Source of the DNA: Leptospira sp. | GTDB lineage: Bacteria > Spirochaetota > Leptospiria > Leptospirales > Leptospiraceae | Assembly: GCA_034439575.1 (NCBI GenBank) | Contig: JAWXAQ010000001.1 | Location: 1 to 47,249 of the forward strand | Direction: 5' to 3' | Length of the DNA: 47,249 nt | Shown here: one piece after another, positions 33,885 through 42,776 of the stretch | Position numbering within the stretch: the first letter of the stretch is position 1 | Layout: each line of letters starts with the position of its first letter | Position numbers and translations under genes: made by a program | The notes under the pieces: generated by a model | Databases searched by the model: none | Told to the model about the DNA's origin: nothing | Seen by the model: the letters and a program-made list of their open reading frames with translations, nothing else

Positions 33885-34576
33885 ACTATATTTTTTTTGC
33901 TAAAAATTACAATTCTTATAAGCCAATTTTCCAGTTTTCTTTTAATCTTTAATCCTATTTGGACTTATTAAATATATTCGCATTTAAGCCGTCTAACTTT
34001 CGATAAATGATATTCTGTCACGGATACCAAGGTTCATTTTTAAGAATTTGCGGTCCAGTGATCGTGAAAAAATGTCTAATCTGTTTCTTGTATCGTAAAG
34101 TGAAGGTATCTCAGGATATACTACGTATTTATCCTTCGATCAGCCCATCGATCCCTTTATGCGAGTTGTTAGGTGAATGGAATAATATATTTTGCTTTTT
34201 AGATATTCAAATCCTTGCGGGTGGCATGGTTTGCTCAACAAACTCCAGATGCCTCCAAGGCCAAATCTTTGCTTGTGCATTGGTTATTCAATGCATACGT
34301 CAAAAAGCCCGAGCTCTCGAAAAACCAATATGCACTCCGTGCTCAATGATTTATCCGAATATAATTTGACGAATTGAACAAAAATTAGAACTAATATCTA
34401 TTAGGTGATTTGATTGAGTTTAGATAAGATCAGCAGTGTCACAAGTTGAAGGAAAAATTCATTTATTGGATATAAAGTAAATGTTTGGCGATAGAGTTTG
34501 TTACCCCGGAGAAACTCAATCCAATTAAGAAAAAACTAATATTATCTAAAAAATTGATGATCGCCTACCAAATGAT

Positions 34577-35497
34577 TCAATATTTTATCATTGTCATTTC
34601 GATGATTGCAATCGTTATAACTACATTTTGAAAAATGGACCAAGCAAGATCAGTGTCTAATTTTGATACTTTCAATAGTAAATCAGAATCTAAATGAATC
34701 AATTTAGCACCATCTGCTCCCGCTTTTGCATTTAGGAAATGTCCTTCCCTATCGCTCTTTCTTAAAAATCCGAACAAGGCTCCTGGTTGCAGATCGATCA
34801 CGGGGATCTCTGCAGGATTTTCAGAAGAAGTCTTTAGAAATTGATGAACAGATCCCTCAAGTAACATATAAATATCTGAATCCTCGGATTTATCTTCTTG
34901 AAATATGATTTCGTTTGGTAACGCGGTCCGACTTTTAAGTTTATAAACATAAGAAAGGATTTTTAAGTTCTGATCCCTGATCGCTTGAAATTTTTTAGCG
35001 GCTCCCTCGCCTAATAGTGTATTCAAATTGATTTGATCTTCTGGTTTTTTTAAATTAGAACTTGGGATTCTTTGCAGTCTCTCAATGGATGATTGAAGTA
35101 TATTGATAAAAAACTTTTCATCATTTACTACCGACTTGTGGAAATCATCCTCTTTAATATAAATCACGTAAGTATTATCATCATCTGCCAGGAATGATTT
35201 GATTCTAGTTTCTGAAACTAAGGCTGACAATCCGAACAACATCCCTGGCGTAAAATTCCGTTGAATAGATTTTGTACCTCGATCGATCGATTCACTTCTT
35301 ATTTGGCCTTTCAATAATAAGCAGATTCCCTCTGATGTAGGTTCTCCTTCTCGAAAAATATACTCATCTCGTTGGAATAATTTTCCAGAAAATTGATTTC
35401 CTTGCAGGCTATCAAAAAAATTCATATTCTCATCTTCAGTTTCCTGATTCTTTCGGCTATCCATTTTCGGATCAAATTTATTGGTTTCGATACTCAA
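34577..35497 (-). CDS. Tandem cyclic-nucleotide-binding domain protein without an HTH
   Basis: Two cNMP-like units: IFREGE..LLLKG..PGMLFGLSAL..R and IFQED..YMLLEGSV..PGALFG. Confidence 0.8.
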   Translation of the reverse strand: MSIETNKFDPKMDSRKNQETEDENMNFFDSLQGNQFSGKLFQRDEYIFREGEPTSEGICLLLKGQIRSESIDRGTKSIQRNFTPGMLFGLSALVSETRIKSFLADDDNTYVIYIKEDDFHKSVVNDEKFFINILQSSIERLQRIPSSNLKKPEDQINLNTLLGEGAAKKFQAIRDQNLKILSYVYKLKSRTALPNEIIFQEDKSEDSDIYMLLEGSVHQFLKTSSENPAEIPVIDLQPGALFGFLRKSDREGHFLNAKAGADGAKLIHLDSDLLLKVSKLDTDLAWSIFQNVVITIAIIEMTMIKY

Positions 35498-35725
35498 ATT
35501 TAATTTTTAAGTTCGTTAGGTAGTTTCAAAAAAGATATTGCTGAACTAAGCTTGATTGTTCCAATTTATAAAAGTTTGCGCAGTTTTGTAATTTCTACAA
35601 GGATCGGAAGCATAAAAGATCATAACATTCTTTGCTTTCCATAAGAGATCTGAAAAGATTAAGAATTTTTTTCATATTCCTTCCCCAAAAAGCTCTTATT
35701 TGGAGTTCACCGACCTTGTCGAATT

Positions 35726-36754
35726 CTATTGTTGGACACAATAGAGTCGACTAGGAACGTAGGAGCAGGTCACATTACCACCAAACAATAAGGACTGAAA
35801 TGTTGTAGCATTCCCAGTTGAATACGGTCCAGTAGCTCCAGAATCGGTCCAGCCCAAACATCCTCCAGCGGCCAACCAGTCATTTGAACCTGCAAAGCCA
35901 GTCCATATAGCATCGCCAACCGTATAAACAGAGTTAGTAAGTGGAAATGTTGTGAAGATAGCCACCGAGTTTGTCGTCATAATGGGTGTGCCATCGGATC
36001 GAGTATAAAATTGATTAGGTTTCAGTACCCAGTCGATTTGCCCATCACCAGCGTTTGGTGATACAGAAGCAACTCGCACTCCTGGTTGTACAATGTATGC
36101 TTTATACGTTCCAGTATTTGCAGGCTTGCTTGCATCGGAATTACAGAGAGAATCAGCACCTGTGATTCCCCCAAAATTTCCCAATGTTAAGGCAGAGGTA
36201 AAGATTAACTTACGATGGTCACGATTTAAAATGGAAGAACTTGAACCTGATAGTCCATGGAAGGATATATCCGCACTAACCGATGGACCATAATTGACTT
36301 TTAGTGAATTCGTAATCCCGTAGTTTACATTGTCTTTGCCTGTAAGGGTTATGGTTTGAGGAGTGTTCCAGTTTTCCTGGGTTATGGTTACGGATGATGG
36401 TAAAATCGATGCCTCTGCCGAGTTGGAGACAGAGAGAGGTATGATGACCTTGGATTCTGGTGCATGAGTCAAACCAATTTGTAGCGTGTCTTGACCTCCA
36501 TTTTTTATAGTATAACCTAATGTAGGTGCCGAGAGAGTAATTCCTCTAGGACTGGAAGTTGAATTTAAATTTGACGCAGCTCCACAGAATGATGTCTTAT
36601 TGTTCGTAGCTGTAAGCAATAACTGCATTTTCAGAAAATCAAGAGATGTTGTGTCGCAGGCGTTCGTTTTTACCGGTTCATTGCAAGAAAAAAGAACCAA
36701 AAATAGAATCAAAATTAGAGTGCGCAACGGAAATCGATTCACTGCTGGAATCAA
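35726..36754 (-). CDS. DUF1554 (Len/endostatin-like) lipoprotein with cadherin-like domain
   Basis: Lipobox LFSC; ENWNTPQTITLTG; GNFGGITGADSLC, YKAYIV, DWVLKPN..YTR, IWTG and terminal LYCVQQ. Confidence 0.88.
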   Translation of the reverse strand: MIPAVNRFPLRTLILILFLVLFSCNEPVKTNACDTTSLDFLKMQLLLTATNNKTSFCGAASNLNSTSSPRGITLSAPTLGYTIKNGGQDTLQIGLTHAPESKVIIPLSVSNSAEASILPSSVTITQENWNTPQTITLTGKDNVNYGITNSLKVNYGPSVSADISFHGLSGSSSSILNRDHRKLIFTSALTLGNFGGITGADSLCNSDASKPANTGTYKAYIVQPGVRVASVSPNAGDGQIDWVLKPNQFYTRSDGTPIMTTNSVAIFTTFPLTNSVYTVGDAIWTGFAGSNDWLAAGGCLGWTDSGATGPYSTGNATTFQSLLFGGNVTCSYVPSRLYCVQQ

Positions 36755-37069
36755 ATATACTTTTACTACAAAATCAAATCAATAATTTCTAGAGCCAGCC
36801 TTTCTTCTAATTATTTCAAATCATTGTAAAATTCTTTTATTAGTGGATCTTGCATTCGTACAGAATGTCCGCGAACCTTTCCATCTTTCATCATTTACAA
36901 AATACAACGTAGCGGTGAATATTTACTTATGGAAAATAATCTATGACTTCACTTTCTTCACGAGTTTGGCTTTCGAACATCCTCTCTATGATGTAAAGGA
37001 TATCTGCTTCGGGGCGAGCCCCCAAACATCGGATTCAATTTAGAAATTTATTTCTGATATATTAATACA

Positions 37070-37153
37070 CTCCGCAATACCTTGGGGTCGGGCTAAGCAG
37101 GGCTTCGGTCGCCAAGCGACCGCTAACGCGCCCTTTCTATCCCTCTCGCGGAG
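37070..37153. repeat. GC-rich nested palindromic element (MITE/REP-like or ncRNA)
   Basis: CTCCGC(37070)/GCGGAG(37148), AGGGC(37099)/GCCCT(37130) and CGGTCGC-caa-GCGACCG(37106-37122) within an AT-rich intergenic region. Confidence 0.55.
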
Positions 37154-37684
37154 ATAGAAGACTTATTTTCATTACTTCGAAAAAAGACAATTGAACTTAT
37201 ACGCCTGCCCTTCTCCGCGAATGGGAATACAAATTCCTCTGGATAAATCACTATCGTTCATTTATTGTAAATTAGGCGGTAAAAATCGAAACCAAATTCG
37301 GTAAAATTCCGTGCTAGAAACGAAACAGATATCCACTAGTAACTATCTAGGAAAACTGAGATTTGCAAGGGATCAGTATGTCCATTTCAAAATGATTATA
37401 CATAGTTTCGATTTTTTCCGCGAAATCCACACTCGTATGTTTGTTAGACCCCATGACAGAAATATTCCATTTAGGACCAAATGATGATCTCTCGAGTGAT
37501 ATGATGAGAGATGCTTCCCACTATTTGCCTGAAGTCTCATTACGCATAAAGGCCATTGCGATTCAAACATGTGAAATCATTATTTAAACTGATTCCCCAA
37601 CATTAAAATTAACCATGCATTGTTTTTTTATTTGTTACTCTAAACTAGCCATTTCGGTTAAAATCGTCGGGATCAGAAATCATC

Positions 37685-38212
37685 CTATCGATCTTTCTTT
37701 TGTTTTTGCAGGTCTTCTAGTTTCGGTTTCTGAAATGATTTTCCAGGTCCTTTCGACTTAACATCTTCTAAGGAGCGATCGACAGTACTGCGAAGCGTAC
37801 TTTCTGATCTAAATTCTTTTAGAAAACCTTCCACCTTGCTTTGGTTACGCCAGTAAAAACCGTTAGCGTAGGACCTAACAGCAAAGTTTCGAAGCGATTT
37901 TGGAGCTGCATCATCACCGATCTTTTGCTGCAAAAATGTTTCGGTTTCTTCTGTTGGATAAAATTGTAATAAAAGAATTGCTCTTTCTTTCGCATAAATT
38001 CTGATTCCTGATTCACCAGAGATAACTTTTAAATAAGGTGCTGGATCAGATGTAATCTGATCCACTTGTGTTCTCAGATCTTCTATTTGTTGGTGACCAG
38101 TTTGGAGAATCACACCTTTTAATCGGCTATAGGTTGAAGAGTCTAAGCCTTGTGACCATAATGCGTTTCCGCCGATTAGGAAAAAAATAATAAATGTAAT
38201 GAATGATTTCAT
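37685..38212 (-). CDS. Secreted helical hypothetical protein
   Basis: Signal peptide, AGGAG RBS, start 11 nt after the metallopeptidase stop; HEAT-like helical character. Confidence 0.75.
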   Translation of the reverse strand: MKSFITFIIFFLIGGNALWSQGLDSSTYSRLKGVILQTGHQQIEDLRTQVDQITSDPAPYLKVISGESGIRIYAKERAILLLQFYPTEETETFLQQKIGDDAAPKSLRNFAVRSYANGFYWRNQSKVEGFLKEFRSESTLRSTVDRSLEDVKSKGPGKSFQKPKLEDLQKQKKDR

Positions 38213-38223
38213 AATTGCTCCTA

Positions 38224-41166
38224 TTAATAAACGATTGGATAGTTTCTAAGAATCCAACCTTGTTCCCCCGTTAATTGCGTTTGAGAAGTAACACCGTCAC
38301 CAGCCCAAAACATCAAATTTGAAGCGCCTGAGTTTGTAAAACCAGTGAGACTGCACTCGCTGATATCTACAACTCCATTTGAGTTTAGATCACGAGTTGA
38401 TAAACAATAAGGAGTATCTGAAAGTGCATCTTTTCTGTAAGTACCAGAGGAAGAAGACGAATTGTATCCTCCTCTTTCATTGGTATGGAACAACCCAAGG
38501 AAATGGCCTGCTTCGTGGGCCATGGTATCTCCCATAAAAGTCTGATCCGCAGCTGATAATGCAGTTCCAGCTGATCCGCTACTTCTATGTGCCTCTAAGA
38601 ACACAATCATACCAGATTTTTTTGTTCCCGTGATTCCTGGCACACCTGGAATACCTGCTGCTATCCCAAGTACACCCCCTACTTCGGATTCGCTTGCGGT
38701 AAAGAATATGTTCAGACTGTCCGAACTTTGCGTAGCAGACGATGATACATAGAGTTTAGAAAGAGAACCGGTCACCAAACCTGTATCACTCGAAAGATCC
38801 GTGATGGTTTGAAACTCAGAAGCTGTTAGGGTTGCAGCAGTAAATTCTAAATCTATCTTTACCGAATCTTGCGCATAGATCGACTTCATCCGATCCACAG
38901 CAGTCTGAATTCCGGCTTCTGTAGGTGTGGCATATGTACCAGAAATAAAGATTAACTTAATCTTTAATTTTTTTCGATAGGTCCATACTTTGCTGAGACC
39001 GCTTGAACTGTCTGATCCTGACACAGAGGTAAAGGATTGTTCTTCATTTAAACTCGGATTGCAATTTTGTATGACCTTATAATTTGCCGTCGTACTGGAA
39101 AAATTGACTCCCGAATTGATTTCAAATTTCAATGTATTTGTAGATCCCGAGCTAGGCGAATAAGTCGGAATCGTGCCAGTAGAATCCAATTTAATATATT
39201 CGTTGTTGTTTCGTCCATATGGATAGAGACCCGTATAAGTTGTGTTACCGACTCCGTCTCTTCCGATCAGATATTGATTAGAAGTATTTAATAAATAATT
39301 GAAGACGTATCCATTGTCTCCAGTGACGGAATGTGGTTGGTCTATATAATAAATGACCGAAGGGTTAGAGGTTGTCGTTGCAATTGTAACTGGTGAAGCC
39401 CAATAGAGCGTTAGACCAGTGCCAAAATAATTTGCAAGTGAACCTGCAGAGCTACTCTTAGATCAAGTGGTCACGACTGGAGAACACGATGCGGAAGGAA
39501 CCGTGCCCGTTGCACTCAAATTAATCGTATAACTTCCCTCATTCGAATCGTTATTAGCAATCGTTAATACTGCCGATTTACTGCCCGTCGAGGTAGGTGA
39601 AAAATTAACCGTAAATGTTGTACTTCCCGATGAACTAACGGTGCTTACAGAGGGTTGACTGACGACACTAAACATCGCTGCATCAGATCCAGAAATCGCC
39701 ACATTCGGAGAACCTGATAAGTTAAGTGTCGCATTTCCTATATTCTGAATCGTGAATGTCGTAGTCGAACTCGTTGTTCCAATGCGAACACTACCAATTC
39801 CAGAATAGGTTCCAGCAGAAGCTATGTCTGTAGAGTTTTGTTGGACATTGATTTCTGGGGCAGGAGTGGCAGTCGCAACACCGGAGATCGCAAAATTATA
39901 TGGATTTTCGTCAGAATCATTATTTGCAAAAGAAATTGTCGCTGACTTTGATCCTGCTGTCGTTGGTGAAAAAACTACGGAAAAAGTAATGCTATTTCCA
40001 GAAGTGATCGTTGAAGACGCTGGTTGTACGGAAACGTTGAACTGATCAGCATTAGTTCCGCCAAGGTTTATGATGGGTGAGCCAGATAAAGTCAAATCGG
40101 CATCACCTAAATTTTGGATTCGGAATTGTACTGCTGACCCGCTATTGCCTTCTTGTACGTTTGAAAATGTATAGGTTCCTGTTCCATCTAGAATGTTCCC
40201 TGAATTTGAAACCAGTTGGACGTTGATTTCTGGTGCTGGGGCCGCAGTCGCAAATCCAGTTAAATTAAAAGTAAAAGGAGCTTCATCCGTATCATTATTT
40301 GCAATCGAGACTGTCGCGTTTTTTGTACCTTCGGAAGTAGGTGAAAACGTGACTGTAAACGTGGTCGTATTATTTACTGCTAAGGAGGGGGACATCCCAG
40401 CCGCATTAACAGAGAATTGATTTCCATTTGCCCCTGATAATGTTGGTGGCACGGTTAAAGTTAGGTTGGCGGTGCCTAAATTTCGAATGGTAAAGGTCAC
40501 GGCAGACCCACTCAGTGTCGAACGCACATTGCCAAAATCGTAGGTATTTGTGTTTGTCGTATAAACCGTAGATCCTTGTTTTACATCAATCTCTGGCTCT
40601 GCCGTTAACGTAGCTTTGGCTGTTAGGTTTAAAATGAAAGTCGGAGTATTCGGGTCATTGGATGCAATTCTCAATTGTGCTGTTTTTACCCCACTTTGAC
40701 CGGCGGCTGGCGTAAAACGGATAGTAAAGTTTGTTGTTGAAGCCGGGGTCAGAGTCGTACTACTCGGTTGTCCTAGGGTAAACTGCGCAGAATCGGTTCC
40801 GGTTTTTTGAACGGCAGGCGAGGAACTTAAAGTTAAATTTGCCTGACCATTGTTTTGAATGGTTACGGTGAACTGTGTTCCGAGTGTATTTTGAACTGCA
40901 TTGCCTAAATCCAATGTTGCAGTATCTGTTAGCGCATTCGAACTTTCAAAGAGACGTATCGTAGGTGTTAATTGAGCAGGATCGCTTGTATCGGTTGTCG
41001 TGCTAGAAGTGCTAGAAGCACTTGAAGAAGAGGAAGCTGTTGGTGAGGCGCCACCTAAGGCTAAAATCAATCCTGATGCATCACTGCCGCCACCACCAGC
41101 ACCCGGACAGTTAACAAAAAACAGGGCAAACAATAAGATCGAGAGTAAAGAGATTACATTTTTCAT
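38224..41166 (-). pseudogene. Lipoprotein with 4 ASH/choice-of-anchor-D repeats and a metzincin (M43-like) peptidase, interrupted by one in-frame TGA at 39463-39465 (pseudogene or recoded gene)
   Basis: Track ORFs 39463-41253 and 38224-39189 are in the same frame, and the 91 codons between them contain no stop. Lipobox FFVNC after ATG 41166; HEAGHFLGLFH zinc motif and SNLM Met-turn. Confidence 0.85.
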
Positions 41167-41605
41167 ATTTAATGCCAACAATATTTTATTTTCAATTTTC
41201 ACATTCAGGTGTATATTTATGAATTCACCGAACGCGAGTCTTTGTATGTGCAATTAACACCTACGGTCAACTAACGCCAGATTCGAAGATTCGAGGACAA
41301 AAGGCGAACAAATTAAAAAAAAATGGGGATTTTTTTTCTCTATTTTATTAAAAATATTACAGTAATTTGCAATAAAATCATTCTTATAAAAACTAGTTAG
41401 GAGGTTATCTTTATACCGGATTACAATTCATTCTAGATTAGAAGCTATCTAGCGATAATTTGCCAGTAGCGACTGTTAGAACAGATGTTTCAGGCTAATG
41501 TAAGGTATGTTTAAATTACGTATTACTCTTTGGTGAAGATTATTTTAAAAAGAATCCAAGAGAAACTTTGGGAACTTCTTTGCTGATGACTTTTTTTGTC
41601 CTGAT

Positions 41606-41831
41606 TCAAAAACGGGACTCTCTTAGAGTTCGGCTGGCGGGATGAATGATCATATTTATATCTTCTATTGGGATAGCACCTAACAGAATATCATTTCCAA
41701 GTATCATTACACCAACAAACGCATTTCTATTTTCAAATTCAATTCGGATAGGACCAGCGCACGCAACCAAATGTTTTTTTTCTATCAGCAAGAGTGACTT
41801 CTCTATTTTCCAAGGAAATTCCTAATTGATT
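41606..41831 (-). pseudogene. Remnant of clan AA aspartic protease (AF_0612-like)
   Basis: NQLGISLENREVTLAD in one frame, a frameshift at the A-run near 41775-41782, then GPIRIEFENR..LLGAIPIED..IHP. No N-terminal D(T/S)G motif was found. Confidence 0.7.
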
Positions 41832-41908
41832 AAAAGAGTATGTGATCGATGGAATCAGAGATGACTGTAAAAACTAGTGGATAAAGATTTTTTTTATACG
41901 TCAAAAAT

Positions 41909-42763
41909 TTAAAATCGATATTCCCACTGAACTTGGATATAGGGAATTCTTGAAACAGAATTGGTTTGAATCATGGGAGCTTGCGAAAATGTCCTTGGTA
42001 TCAGTTCTGGAATGACTTTTATAGAAATCGATTGTTTCTCGGTTGGGTAAAACAGATACGCATCCAAAAGGTTTGCCACATAAAAAGCTAAGAACACTGA
42101 AGAAACAGAATTTACTAAATTAGCTGCACTTAACATAGCTGTTCTATCATTCGAAATGTTTCTTGACTCAAGAAGATTGTAAACATCTTGATTTGACGCA
42201 TTCAAAATTCCTAAATTGCTAAAAATAAATGTATTATTTCCAAATTCCATACTGGTTTTTTCGTAGGTTCTTCTTTTGGATGCTGCGTCTTCATACAATG
42301 CGGCTGAAGCTACTGTTAGAGCAGCCAAACTTCCAAACCAGTAATAGGAAGCTCTTCTTCTTCCTTCTTTGTATTGACCTAAGCCTGGAAGAATGGCAGA
42401 ATACAATAGAATTCTAGTTCTGGAAGGAATGACTTCTACATCAGGTTTCTCTATAATTATAGTTGTTACATCAGAATTTTTTTCAAGATTTGTCTTTGCG
42501 TTTTTTAACTTTTCTTTTACAAGTTCATCCTCTACTTCTTTTTTTGTTCTGAAGGTAATTTTTCGAATCAAGTAAGAAGGGATGCTTTTTTTTGTTCCAT
42601 CTTCTTCTTGAAGCACGACGTCTTTTAGATTTTGATCTAAAATTTTTCCAGAAAGGATTTGTCCATTTTTCAGAAGAATTGTTTCTGAAAATGCGGGACT
42701 TAAAACCAAAAAACAAACTAACATAGTAGAATATAGAACAAAAGATTTGTATTTTGATTTCAT
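41909..42763 (-). CDS. Secreted/membrane hypothetical protein (LA_0442-like N-terminus, DUF5683-like region)
   Basis: Signal peptide, ETILLKNGQILSGKI, SAILPGLGQY, NLLDAY and C-terminal beta-strand ending in YRF. Confidence 0.7.
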   Translation of the reverse strand: MKSKYKSFVLYSTMLVCFLVLSPAFSETILLKNGQILSGKILDQNLKDVVLQEEDGTKKSIPSYLIRKITFRTKKEVEDELVKEKLKNAKTNLEKNSDVTTIIIEKPDVEVIPSRTRILLYSAILPGLGQYKEGRRRASYYWFGSLAALTVASAALYEDAASKRRTYEKTSMEFGNNTFIFSNLGILNASNQDVYNLLESRNISNDRTAMLSAANLVNSVSSVFLAFYVANLLDAYLFYPTEKQSISIKVIPELIPRTFSQAPMIQTNSVSRIPYIQVQWEYRF

Positions 42764-42776
42764 AATGTAATTAATT

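Noticed and set aside
35601-35645. Fourth copy of the 44-bp repeat (GGATCGGAAGCATAAAAG...)
   Set aside because: Only about 8 contiguous bases match and the TGGTAA/TTACCA dyad is absent.
35726-37680. Diversity-generating retroelement targeting the DUF1554 C-terminus
   Set aside because: I saw no template repeat matching the gene 3' end and there is no reverse transcriptase in the window.
36780-37680. tRNA, tmRNA, RNase P or SRP RNA in the long intergenic region
   Set aside because: No cloverleaf/TTCGA-arm context and no GAGGAAAGTCC or SRP loop signature was found.
38224-39189. Independent 321-aa peptidase gene starting at TTG 39189
   Set aside because: No RBS or signal peptide, and the frame continues upstream to the TGA at 39463, so it is the C-terminal part of the larger gene.
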